DNA of 64,000 nt from Veleropilina oligotropha (taxonomy: Eukaryota). This document shows, piece by piece, positions 1-8,920 of the stretch. Numbering within the stretch: the first letter of the stretch is position 1; the number at the start of each line of letters is the position of its first letter. A model generated the notes under the pieces. The model made no database searches. It was not told the DNA's origin and saw nothing but the letters and a program-made list of their open reading frames with translations. The translations under genes were made by a program, and so were the position numbers. The DNA is taken from NCBI GenBank assembly GCA_048128005.1, contig JBEUKZ010000079.1:62001-126000 (forward strand). Reading direction: 5' to 3'.

Positions 1-110
1 ACGCGGACGCTCGGTGCTCTCGGGCCGCCCCCACTATCGAATTGAAGAAGCAGAACCCTTTTCATATGCAATAGTCGCAAACGGTAGCATTTCTATAGTA
101 CTCAACAGTT

Positions 111-350
111 ATGACTACCCCAATCACTGATGGAAAGATGCTCGGCAACGCTGTATACCACGCCGCTATAGTGTCAGGCCTCGCCATAGGCTACGCACGC
201 CTGACAAAGATGGTATTCAAGGGAGCGAGCCCCAAACTGGACTTCACGGGGTACGATGTCGGGATGGTCGTCCTCGACGTATCGCTCGCCATGGCGACGA
301 AAGACATGCTGATCAAGCAAGGCATCATTCCGGCCGATATATTGAAGTAG
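111..350 (+). CDS. Small hydrophobic hypothetical protein (79 aa)
   Basis: ATG start at 111, TAG stop, tightly packed and co-oriented with the next ORFs. Two apolar segments (AVYHAAIVSGLAIGYA, VGMVVLDVSLAMA). Confidence 0.7.
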   Translation: MTTPITDGKMLGNAVYHAAIVSGLAIGYARLTKMVFKGASPKLDFTGYDVGMVVLDVSLAMATKDMLIKQGIIPADILK

Positions 351-381
351 TGGGACCTTGCTAGATAATCGCAGCATTTCA

Positions 382-810
382 ATGGCTTCCATTGCGATGC
401 TGGTTGGGGGCGCTCTCGTCAACGCCCTCGCCTTCAGCGGCTCCAACTTCCTCTTCTCGAAGCTACGCAGCTCCGGTGTCGATGCGGAGCGTAAACGCCA
501 CGACATTGCTGTAGAACAGCTCAACGCTGCTCAGACTAAATGGTCACAACAGAGGGCAGAGCGTCTCGACTGGCTGAACGTTGAACTTCGCCGCCAGGGT
601 CATGCCGTTGGCACATTCCGGGATGTTGACGCCGCGATCCGTGAGTATGCATTGATCACCGGCAAGAACCTTGACCCCGACCTGGGGGGTGGCCCTGAGC
701 CCGCCCTGTCTGACTACTACACACCGAGCGATGCCCAGAAGGGACGTGAGATCACCTTCATCATCCTGGGGATGGCTGCGACCGGGTTGGTCGCCTACAA
801 GCTCGCCTAA
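382..810 (+). CDS. Hypothetical membrane-anchored coiled-coil protein (142 aa)
   Basis: First ATG at 382 within track ORF 358..810. Hydrophobic N-terminus (MASIAMLVGGALVNALAF), charged helical middle, C-terminal TM-like segment (ITFIILGMAATGLVAYKLA). Confidence 0.75.
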   Translation: MASIAMLVGGALVNALAFSGSNFLFSKLRSSGVDAERKRHDIAVEQLNAAQTKWSQQRAERLDWLNVELRRQGHAVGTFRDVDAAIREYALITGKNLDPDLGGGPEPALSDYYTPSDAQKGREITFIILGMAATGLVAYKLA

Positions 811-850
811 TTATTTCCAGTGGACATTTTTTTCGTTGGCATGTATAGTA

Positions 851-1072
851 ATGGGGCTCCCAGAAGAGCTGTACTGCGCTATGCTTGCGGTCGGCTATAG
901 TACTACGTTACTCGACTGCTGGCGCCGCGACGAAAAGACTATGGTGCGGTTCGCGGTCCTGGTGCTCTCGGGCCCGACCAACCTACGGGCGACCACTGCG
1001 CAGCGACCGGCTCCGGAAGCTGAAGCCTGTTGGAGACTGATCAGTTTACTGGAATACATTGCTGATGGATAG
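851..1072 (+). CDS. Hypothetical protein (73 aa)
   Basis: ATG at 851 within track ORF 671..1072. Fills the gap between the previous ORF and the integrase, and its stop overlaps the integrase start. No recognisable motif. Confidence 0.4.
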   Translation: MGLPEELYCAMLAVGYSTTLLDCWRRDEKTMVRFAVLVLSGPTNLRATTAQRPAPEAEACWRLISLLEYIADG

Positions 1073-2063
1073 TAAGCTTGCGAGGATGTACTACAGCCCT
1101 AAGGGCTACTGGAAAGGCATTGCCGCGATAAAGAAACTAGCTGACGCTGCCAAGGCGTCTGAAGTGGAGGCCCGGACATGGCTTAAGAGGCAGGCTATAT
1201 GGCAGATCTATTTACCTGCGCCACGGCGGATTCCAAGACCAAAATTCGACGTCGTAACGCCAAACGAGGTTCACCAAGCCGACCTCCTGTTTCTCCCCCA
1301 TGACAAGGTCAGACACAAGACCTATAAGTACGCTTTGACTGTGGTTGATGTGGCCAGTCGCTTTAAAGAGGCTGAGCCTCTGGTCACAAAAGAGGCCAAA
1401 GGGGTTGCTGAAGCTCTGTCTCGAATCTACAGGCGGAGTCCTCTTAGCTGGCCGAAATTGCTTCAGGTTGATCCAGGGCGGGAGTTTATGGGCGCGGTGT
1501 CCCAGCTGCTGGCAAAGAATAACGTCGAGGTTAGGCGTGGCCGTGTGGATATCCATCGCGATCAGGGCATTGTGGAGCGCTTCAACCGGACGCTCGCTGA
1601 GCGGCTCTTCGGGCACCAGTATGCAACAGAGATGCGGTTTGCAGAGTCTGCGAAAGAGGGTCAAAGGTCAACTGAGTGGGTCGCCCGGTTAGCAGCTGTT
1701 GTTGCGGCGTTGAATGGGGAAGTGACCAGGCTGACCGGTAAAAAGCCCAAGGACGCCATCAAGGCACCTCGCGTTGCACAAAAGCCAGGCGCCACTGTTC
1801 CAGGCCGACAGGGGAAGGAACAGAAACTCCCCTCTGACGTAGATGTTCGCTACCTTTACTACGATGGTGAGCTGGAGGGGGGTCATCGCCGTGCTACTGA
1901 CCCGGTGTGGTCTCTAAAAGTTTACAGGCTTGGACGCTCCGTCACTAAGCCTGACGAGCCTGTGCTCTACTACTTGCTGGATGGACCACCGCGTGGCTTC
2001 GTTCGTGAGGAACTTCTCGTGGTGCCTCGTGATACCCAGCTGCCGCCGGTTCTCAGGCGTTAA
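1065..2063 (+). CDS. Retroviral-like (rve) DDE integrase, Polinton-type
   Basis: Catalytic triad HQADLLF / LQVDPGREF / IVERFNRTL, with 34 residues between the second D and E. YALTVVDVASRF strand is present. YYSP-type N-terminus lacks an HHCC finger. C-terminus VRY...WS..VY...YYL.D...GF..EEL resembles Polinton integrases. No chromodomain seen. ORF intact, ATG at 1065. Confidence 0.92.
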   Translation: MDSKLARMYYSPKGYWKGIAAIKKLADAAKASEVEARTWLKRQAIWQIYLPAPRRIPRPKFDVVTPNEVHQADLLFLPHDKVRHKTYKYALTVVDVASRFKEAEPLVTKEAKGVAEALSRIYRRSPLSWPKLLQVDPGREFMGAVSQLLAKNNVEVRRGRVDIHRDQGIVERFNRTLAERLFGHQYATEMRFAESAKEGQRSTEWVARLAAVVAALNGEVTRLTGKKPKDAIKAPRVAQKPGATVPGRQGKEQKLPSDVDVRYLYYDGELEGGHRRATDPVWSLKVYRLGRSVTKPDEPVLYYLLDGPPRGFVREELLVVPRDTQLPPVLRR

Positions 2064-4941
2064 CAACCGCAAATCCTCGTTTCCGGTTACATTCCAGACA
2101 CGTTAAGCGCACGTTGTCGCGGGTGTGGCCCCTGCTGTTGTCCACACGGTCGACACTGAACTGCTGTGTGTCCTTCGGGGAATATGCCCAGAGCAGCTCT
2201 ATGTTGCATGCTGCGCAGCGGTTGTTTTGGGCCTCTCTGAGCCGCAGGATGTCGTCGACCTTGAGGTTAAACCCCGGGAGTCCCGCTGCCTGGTCCTGGC
2301 GTTTGTACGCCACAAGCTTTTTCTGGATGGTCTTTCGGAGCTGTTGCTCGGTTTGCGGCCGGGGCCTGTCCTCAGAACCCTCATCCGGTGGACAGGTTAC
2401 CCGTTCGAGCTGACGCAGCAGCTCCACCCGGGACACGGCTAGGTAGGCGAGATTACTCCACTGAAGGTAGTCGTCGATGATCCAGACTTTCTGTGGGTCG
2501 TGAATCGTAAGACCCTGGCTCGAATGGATGGTCAGGGCATAGCCCAGGCGCCAATCCGGGGTCAGGATAGCCCGCTCAGCGGCCTCAATGGTGACCTCGA
2601 CGACGTCGTTCAGAACTAGCTCCTCTCTGTCGCTGGTGCCCGGAATGATTACCATGATGTTCTGTTTTCTGCTGTCCCTGGGGTGGTACAGGATCGGGAC
2701 ATAGGAGTCTGGGAAGTGCTCCTTGTGCCTCTGGAGCAACAGCTCTTGAGCCCGTTCGCGGACCTTCTGACGGCTTGTGAGGATTAGGTCGCCTGGCTTC
2801 CAGGTGTTGACGAACCGGTCCCATCCGAGGCAGCTGGGGAGGGTCCGTCGCATCTCGTCGCACTGGACTTTGTCGGGCTGGAGACGGATACGTCTTTTCA
2901 GGGCTTGGAGGGCAGGGTCGTCTTTCGCCCTGTAGTCTACTTCGATCTCTTCATAGTAGTCCGCGGTCTTTCGCAGCCAATCGTGCGGCATCTCGCCCGT
3001 AATCGGTGGTGGCTGGCCTTGATCACCACAGCAGATAACCTGCACTTCGTGGCGGCCCAGCCAGTCCAAGAACATCTCTAGAATAGCCCGGGGAACAGTA
3101 CAGACCTCGTCCCAGATAATGACGCGCGGGATGAACTTCTGACCCATGCGATCAGGCGTCCAGTCGTTCTGGCCGCTCCATCGGAAGAAGCTGTGGTAGG
3201 TCTGGGCTTTGACGCCTCTGGTCCGCATCTCTTTAGCGAGGCGGTGGGTTGGTGTGAACACGACGGGATTCCTTGCCCGAAAGAGCTCGATCGCTCTCGT
3301 AGTCTTGCCACAGCCCCCTCCACCGTTGAGGTAACTCAGGCGATGGTGGGTCAGTGTGTCATTGTAGCATGGCGCGGTGCTCGGCGGGAGGTCCTTCTCG
3401 GACTGCGTGTACTCCGGCTTGGGTAGGTATGCGGCATGTTCCTGTGGCATATACAGCTGTTCGCCCTTGTCACGCCACTGGGCTGGTGCTACTGGCGGAA
3501 GGTACGGCTCCGCGATCAGACATGAGATGCACGATTTCTCGCCACAGCCGCAGAGTCTGGGGGCAACGTACACCGTGACATCGTCGAGCTTCTCCAACGA
3601 GGCCTTCTTGAGGTAGATGCTGTCAGTGGCTACTCGGACGGCTTCTGCTGCACTGAAACGCTGAAGCATGCTCAAGAGGTTTATGTGGGCATAGGCCAAC
3701 ATGGACGCCCTTAGGTGGGCGTACTGAGGCTGGGAGCCATCATAGTACGTGAGGATGTGCCCCATAGGGCATCTCTGAGGAGCGCCAACCAGGGTGCCGC
3801 TTTGGCGGGTGTCTCTTACGAGGAAGTCGAGCTCACCCTGGTCGGTCACCAGTCTACGAGTCAATCGCTTTCCGTCAGCTTTGGCGCCTTGGGTGAATTT
3901 GCCGATGATACTGCAGCCCTGGTCACGATCCGGAGGAAGCCAGACATCGGTCTGCTTTTTGAATGCGATGATGGCTTCTCGGATCTTGAGGCTTTTTAGC
4001 AGTCCAGAGTCTATGAGGAAGGCGAGCAGCGGGGTTGGTGCCCATCCATTCTCTGCAAAGTGCTTCCCGAACCATGCTACAATGACGGGGTGGATGTCTT
4101 GTGCGAACTCCCATTCCACGACCTCGGCAAACCCGGTACCGATTTCTCGGGGTAGAGGACCGTTAATTGCGACCCGGGTCATGCTGTGGAGTGGGTGTCC
4201 GAATCTTTCGAAATAGGGCTTAGCCTCGCCCTTCCCCAGAAAGCTGGCAGGGTAGCAGGCTTTCATATCGATGCAGCAGACATCGCCCGTATCGTAATTC
4301 ATGGAATTCCAGAGACCGCCGTGGCCATGCTCTACACAGGCCTTCTGGATGTCATCGAGCAGGCTCGCCGGGGTGGGTTTCCAGCCGTTGGTCTCTTTAG
4401 CCATAATGCTAGCTGCATGGTTCACGCCAAAGGCTCGATCGGCTAGGGACTCGTTTCCCAGCGCTGTACAGGCTTCTTGGAGTATCTCGTGAGTCTCTTT
4501 TGTCCTGTACGTGCGGCCGTCCTGAAGCACGAACTGGTCCACGCCAAGCTGTCGGTCTTTACCGCCAAGGAGCCAGACAGCCAATGGCTCATTCTGGGTG
4601 GCTTGTCGGATAGCTTCCCAGACATCGCCCTCATACAGGTGGACCTCGCGAGACTGCGGAAAGTGTAGGTCCTTGGACCAGGCGTGGCCGTTGTGACAGA
4701 TGAGTTCTATGGACTTCCACATACTGGCCTGGTATTTCCCACTGTTGTAGATGTCCTCGCCGGCAATGTCTCTCAAGGTGATCGCCCGTTTGAGGATCTT
4801 CTCGAGGGTAGCTATATCATCCACAGTGGCGCCTGTTACATGGACTCGCTCTTCCCACTCCAGTATTTTCTGCCGCCTTGTCGGTGGTGAGTCCGTGTCC
4901 TCTAAGGGCACCTTCGAAGTGCTCAACCACTCGTTGGGCAA
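2053..4941 (-). CDS. C-terminal part of replicase: degenerate family-B polymerase palm + SF1 (RecD/Pif1-like) helicase + HNH-like nuclease
   Basis: PolB-like motif A DMKACYP (~4249-4269), weak motif B CSIIGKF, motif C-like VATDSIY (~3613-3633). Helicase motifs GGGGCGKT (~3301-3324), TPTH, IIWDEV, GDQGQPPP, YALTIHSSQGLT, YLAVSR. C-terminal CAAC...SVDRVDNSRGHTRDNVRLTCLECN. The track start is a TTG, and the ORF is probably the continuation of the upstream ORF across a frameshift. Confidence 0.85.
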   Translation of the reverse strand: MPNEWLSTSKVPLEDTDSPPTRRQKILEWEERVHVTGATVDDIATLEKILKRAITLRDIAGEDIYNSGKYQASMWKSIELICHNGHAWSKDLHFPQSREVHLYEGDVWEAIRQATQNEPLAVWLLGGKDRQLGVDQFVLQDGRTYRTKETHEILQEACTALGNESLADRAFGVNHAASIMAKETNGWKPTPASLLDDIQKACVEHGHGGLWNSMNYDTGDVCCIDMKACYPASFLGKGEAKPYFERFGHPLHSMTRVAINGPLPREIGTGFAEVVEWEFAQDIHPVIVAWFGKHFAENGWAPTPLLAFLIDSGLLKSLKIREAIIAFKKQTDVWLPPDRDQGCSIIGKFTQGAKADGKRLTRRLVTDQGELDFLVRDTRQSGTLVGAPQRCPMGHILTYYDGSQPQYAHLRASMLAYAHINLLSMLQRFSAAEAVRVATDSIYLKKASLEKLDDVTVYVAPRLCGCGEKSCISCLIAEPYLPPVAPAQWRDKGEQLYMPQEHAAYLPKPEYTQSEKDLPPSTAPCYNDTLTHHRLSYLNGGGGCGKTTRAIELFRARNPVVFTPTHRLAKEMRTRGVKAQTYHSFFRWSGQNDWTPDRMGQKFIPRVIIWDEVCTVPRAILEMFLDWLGRHEVQVICCGDQGQPPPITGEMPHDWLRKTADYYEEIEVDYRAKDDPALQALKRRIRLQPDKVQCDEMRRTLPSCLGWDRFVNTWKPGDLILTSRQKVRERAQELLLQRHKEHFPDSYVPILYHPRDSRKQNIMVIIPGTSDREELVLNDVVEVTIEAAERAILTPDWRLGYALTIHSSQGLTIHDPQKVWIIDDYLQWSNLAYLAVSRVELLRQLERVTCPPDEGSEDRPRPQTEQQLRKTIQKKLVAYKRQDQAAGLPGFNLKVDDILRLREAQNNRCAACNIELLWAYSPKDTQQFSVDRVDNSRGHTRDNVRLTCLECNRKRGFAVVNA

Positions 4942-5929
4942 CGCAGTTGAGGTCGCCGTTCTTCATCGGAACCAGGTTGGCGGGGTTTGGTTCTCTGAGA
5001 GGATAGACGCCGTAGACGACTGCAGTGACCGGGTAGGCATTCTCGTAGTAGACCTTGTCGACCCCAGTGATAGCACCCGGCTTAGTGTCCTGAGAGATCT
5101 CAAAGACACCCTGGCCCTTCTTCCTCGCAGCTTTCACCGGGTCAAACTTGTCTTCGACCACCCAGTCACCTTCACCCCACTCACGCAAGAACTTTATTCT
5201 AAGGACATACTCGCCCTTTGGAAGGGCTGTGAGGAGCTGTGCCGCCCTTGCATCTGTCATACGGGCATCCAGGGCCAGCCGTCCAGCCACTTCTACCCTC
5301 CATGTGGAGAAAGCCGCCGCGGCGCCATCGACCTCAAACTCGTCTTTGGCGTCGCTCAAGAGTTCCACCCATGGCTCTTTTGCTGGGAGCCTTACTGGGG
5401 GAGGGACCTGGTCATCCAGGTCGATGAATCGTTGTCCCTCGGGTGTGGTAAATTGCCCTAGAAGATCCTTCTGGTAGTCCTGGGCTGTCCGGGGCGTTTT
5501 GGAGAGCGAGGCTAAGTGATCTCTCAGAATATCGGGCCCCTTCTGAGCAATAGCCCCCGCAAGGGTCTCTTTCCGAGACCTAGTCAGACCGTGCAGGTGT
5601 GGCTTGACGATTCGATCCGCGATGTTACGAAGTGGCTTCTGTCGTATCTCGGGCTTTTTCTCAGCCCTCGAGGTATATTTACGAGCCTGCAGGGCGGCGT
5701 CGACCTCGTCCTTAATCTGCCGCAACTCGCGAGCACGTCGGCCTCTTTTGTGGGGGTTCTCCACATCTCCACGTATGGAGGGGAACCTTCCCGTTTTCAT
5801 CGCCCGCTCGAGTCTGCTCCGAAACGCCGCAGCACGGACCCTGGCGATTGCCCTGACGAGGTCGTGCTTCTTGAGCTTCGACCGAGCGGGAATCCCATAA
5901 TCTTTCGCTAGATTGCGCAGGTCATCCAT
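4817..5929 (-). CDS. N-terminal part of the same replicase gene (HeH/Rho-N-like motif, basic region, OTU-like Cys motif)
   Basis: ATG at 5929 (MDDLRNLAKDYGIPARSKLKKHDLVRAI resembles Rho-N/HeH motifs). Arg/Lys-rich region follows, with GDLNCV near the end. Overlaps the downstream ORF by 125 nt in another frame. Confidence 0.75.
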   Translation of the reverse strand: MDDLRNLAKDYGIPARSKLKKHDLVRAIARVRAAAFRSRLERAMKTGRFPSIRGDVENPHKRGRRARELRQIKDEVDAALQARKYTSRAEKKPEIRQKPLRNIADRIVKPHLHGLTRSRKETLAGAIAQKGPDILRDHLASLSKTPRTAQDYQKDLLGQFTTPEGQRFIDLDDQVPPPVRLPAKEPWVELLSDAKDEFEVDGAAAAFSTWRVEVAGRLALDARMTDARAAQLLTALPKGEYVLRIKFLREWGEGDWVVEDKFDPVKAARKKGQGVFEISQDTKPGAITGVDKVYYENAYPVTAVVYGVYPLREPNPANLVPMKNGDLNCVAQRVVEHFEGALRGHGLTTDKAAENTGVGRASPCNRRHCG

Positions 5930-5977
5930 GTTGCTGGGGGGGTACACACTAGGATCTTTACCTCTCTAATATGAAAT

Positions 5978-6271
5978 TTACGCGTGGTAAATTGCAGCCA
6001 TGCGGAGAAACTCTCTCTCGAAGGCCCTTTTCTTTCGTTGCCAGTCCATACCGTTCTCACTCTTATACCCACAGCCCTTACACAACGTAAGCCGGTTGAA
6101 AACGCCCTTCCCGCATTTGCTGCAGGGTTTTGTGCCCCGGCCATTTCGCCGTTGCCGAGCCAGATGGACTTTGCAATACGTGTTCAGACATCTCTTACCA
6201 CATAGCTCCGTGGAGCTGATGGTGAGCCATTGACAGGTGTCCGTTCCCCACATATTGATAGCGGTTATCAT
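5978..6271 (-). CDS. Small Cys-rich putative zinc-finger protein (97 aa)
   Basis: ATG at 6271 (alternative 6253). C...C-x3-C-x4-CxxH followed by CxxC-x10-CxxC. Co-oriented with and directly upstream of the replicase. Confidence 0.65.
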   Translation of the reverse strand: MITAINMWGTDTCQWLTISSTELCGKRCLNTYCKVHLARQRRNGRGTKPCSKCGKGVFNRLTLCKGCGYKSENGMDWQRKKRAFEREFLRMAAIYHA

Positions 6272-6298
6272 TGTATATACCAGTCTCTAATAGATATT

Positions 6299-6580
6299 AT
6301 GACACTAAGATATCGAGCCCGGTGCACGGTGAGAAATAACCGGCATGTTAGACGTTGTGTAGTTATACTTGAAAGCAACATGCCACAGGAAGACATTATT
6401 ACGCTGTACAGCGAACGGAGCTTCAGGCGCGTTAAAAACCTCTTAAACCGGGGCTATAACGTTTTGATCGTTGTACTCGACAATGGTGAACAAGCGATAT
6501 ATAAGAAGAAGACCAAAGACGGTAGAAAGGGAGTTGCACGAAATCAAACTCACCCCCCCTGCTACTGCTCGCATAACTGA
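6299..6580 (+). CDS. Small basic hypothetical protein (93 aa)
   Basis: ATG at 6299 within track ORF 6230..6580, divergent from the Zn-finger ORF across a 27-nt AT-rich gap. No recognisable motif. Confidence 0.4.
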   Translation: MTLRYRARCTVRNNRHVRRCVVILESNMPQEDIITLYSERSFRRVKNLLNRGYNVLIVVLDNGEQAIYKKKTKDGRKGVARNQTHPPCYCSHN

Positions 6581-6762
6581 GGAGCCCGGGCCGGCGAGGG
6601 TAGTGGGCCGTCCCTGGGGGCTCTATGTCGCTGTACACACGGTAACTTTTTTGTAATACAAGCCCTACCCTCAGTCCCAAAATATAGCTGGGAGCCTCCA
6701 CAGTGGGCCCCGGGGCCTAGTCTAAACTCCCCTGCTGACTAGTCCGAGCACCCTGAGTTCTA

Positions 6763-7067
6763 AACAGGTGCTGGGAGCTTTATTTTCCCATTCTAAAAAG
6801 TCCAATCACCCCCCCTGCTGCTGAGTTGAGATCCATATTAATTCTGAAAAGTGCTGGGAGCCTTAATTTCCCCCGCCGCGCCCCCAGATAAAAGGTATGG
6901 TCACCCCCCCTCGGAACAGGTGCTGGGAGCCTTATTTTCCCATTATAAAAGGTATGATCACCCCCTGCTGCTGAGTTGAGATCCATATTAATTCTGAAAA
7001 GTGCTGGGAGCCTTAATTTCCCTCGCCGCACCCCCAGATAAAAGGTATGGTCACCCCCCCTGCTGCT
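6763..7067. repeat. Terminal region (probable right TIR) made of two ~150-bp tandem copies with internal subrepeats
   Basis: 6763-6911 matches 6915-7061. GTGCTGGGAGC(C/T)TTA recurs at ~6768, 6851, 6920, 7001. TCACCCCCC(C)TGCTGCT occurs at ~6806, 6958, 7051. The partner TIR is not in the window. Confidence 0.8.
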
Positions 7068-8920
7068 AATGATGCAACGTAGACCCATGGTTACTATGGG
7101 GAGCCTATGGGAAGTCATGGGTGGGCTTTCGAAAATGACCTTGACCTTTGACCTCAAGTGACCTACATTGCAGGAAATGACCTAATTAAGGAAAAATGCA
7201 TACATGTGTGCCCATAGTGGTTGAAGTGAACTACTATTGATGTCTGTAGTCGACATTTATCAAATTTACGTGATAAAATCGAAAAACAGGAAGTGCCTCG
7301 GCGGCCATTAAAGCATTTGTTTCAAGTGGCAATATATCAAAAAGGATGCACCGCAGACACATAGTTACTATGGGGAGCCTATGGGAAGTCATGGTTAATC
7401 TTTCACATGTGACCTTGACCTTTGACCTCAGTTGACCTACATTGCAGTAAATGACCTAATTAAGGAAAACGCCCTAGTTTTGCAATAAAATGGTCACGAA
7501 ATGGCCAACTCGGTTAATATTGATGCTAGAGCTTAGATATTTTGAATGGAAATAATAAAAAAATTCGATCTAAAAACTTTCAATTTTTTTTTAAAAATTT
7601 AATTTTTTTTTTAAAAATTCCTAAAAAAATTAGAATATCCAGGAATATAACTTGGAGCCCTATACAGCTGCTAGCAGCTTTAATTCTTCTTCTTATTATT
7701 ATTATTCCTCGGAAGTTGTGTCAGTCCTAGCGCCTAAACTGCTATAGCTGCATAGTTGTAAGTTGCCATATAGTTAGTACTATAGCTGAATTGATGCATA
7801 CAACTTTTTGAGTCACATGACCGCGTCGGTTTGTCGGCCATCTTGGATTACGTCATAAACTAGCTTATTTTATAACTTTCTTAATATTTAACCTAGAGCG
7901 ACATGATTTATATATTCGGATGCCAGAGTCGCTTGTCAAAAATGTCATGAGAGTGGATTTTTGAATTTTTAATTTAACCGGCGGCCATAGTGAAATCAAT
8001 TTAAAATGGCTATATCTTGGAAATGATGCAACGTAGACCCATGGTTACTATGGGGAGCCTATGGGAAGTCATGGGTGGGCTTTCGAAAATGACCTTGACC
8101 TTTGACCTCAGGTGACCTACATTGCAGGAAATGACCTAATTAAGGAAAAATGCATACATGTGTGCCCATAGTGGTTGAAGTGAACTACTATTGATGTCTG
8201 TAGTCGACATTTATCAAATTTACGTGATAAAATCGAAAAACAGGAAGTGCCTAGGCGGCCATTAAAGCATTTGTTTCAAGTGGCAATATATCAAAAAGGA
8301 TGCACCGCAGACACATAGTTACTATGGGGAGCCTATGGGAAGTCATGGTTCATCTTTCACATGTGACCTTGACCTTTGACCTCAGTTGACCTACATTGCA
8401 GTAAATGACCTAATTAAGAAAAACGCCCTATTTTTGCCAGAAAATGGTCACGAAATGGCCAACTCGGTTAATATTGATGCTAGAGCTTAGATATTTTGAA
8501 GGGAAATAATAAAAAAATTCGATCAAAAAAAACAAAATGGCCGCCATATTTCCTTGAAACGCCATACCTCGAGAACGACGTGTCGTACAGACCTGAAATT
8601 TACAGCATTCCATTCAGAGTGACCTATATATATATATATTAATATCATTTTATTGGAAAAAATTTACGAAAAACTTTCATTTTTTTTTTTAAATTTAAAA
8701 AAAAATTAAAAAATTCTAAAACATTTAGAATATCCAGGAATATAACTTGGAGCCCTATACAGCTGCTAGCAGCTTTAATTCTTATTATTAGGGCTCCAAA
8801 AATTTTTTTTTGGAGACCTATTGTTTTTATATTTATTTTTATTATTCTTTTTCTTATTAGGGCTCCAAAAATTTTTTTTTGGAGACCTATTGTTTTTATA
8901 TTTATTTTTATTCTTATTAT

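Larger units (their letters stand above)
1..7067. mobile_element. Right-hand part of a Polinton/Maverick-like integrated element (left part outside the window)
   Basis: Compact intron-free ORFs, visibly more GC-rich than the flank. Encodes an rve integrase and a PolB-like/helicase gene. Repetitive terminus ends ...CCCCCCCTGCTGCT at 7067, where the host repeat resumes mid-unit (AATGATGCAACGTAGACCC). No capsid or packaging ATPase gene is visible in the window. Confidence 0.8.

Noticed and set aside
13..974. 14-bp match GGTGCTCTCGGGCC at 13 and 961
   Set aside because: Isolated, with no extended similarity, so plausibly chance.
1065..2063. Integrase of an LTR retrotransposon or IS element
   Set aside because: No gag, RT, RNase H or LTR nearby, stand-alone ORF, no HHCC finger, and neighbouring genes fit a Polinton-like element.
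2053..4941. Helitron/Helentron RepHel that could mobilise the array
   Set aside because: It has an SF1 helicase but no recognisable HUH/Y2 Rep motifs, and its element has a different terminus and simply interrupts an array unit.
2114..5911. Plus-strand and nested ORFs overlapping the replicase (e.g. 4751..5461)
   Set aside because: Antisense or alternative-frame shadows typical of GC-rich coding DNA, with no motifs.
6780..7157. 125-aa minus-strand ORF
   Set aside because: Spans the element/host junction and translates the terminal repeats.
7650..7685. Hairpin plus T-run as a bacterial terminator
   Set aside because: Better explained as the 3' hairpin of a Helentron-type element, and no upstream gene exists.
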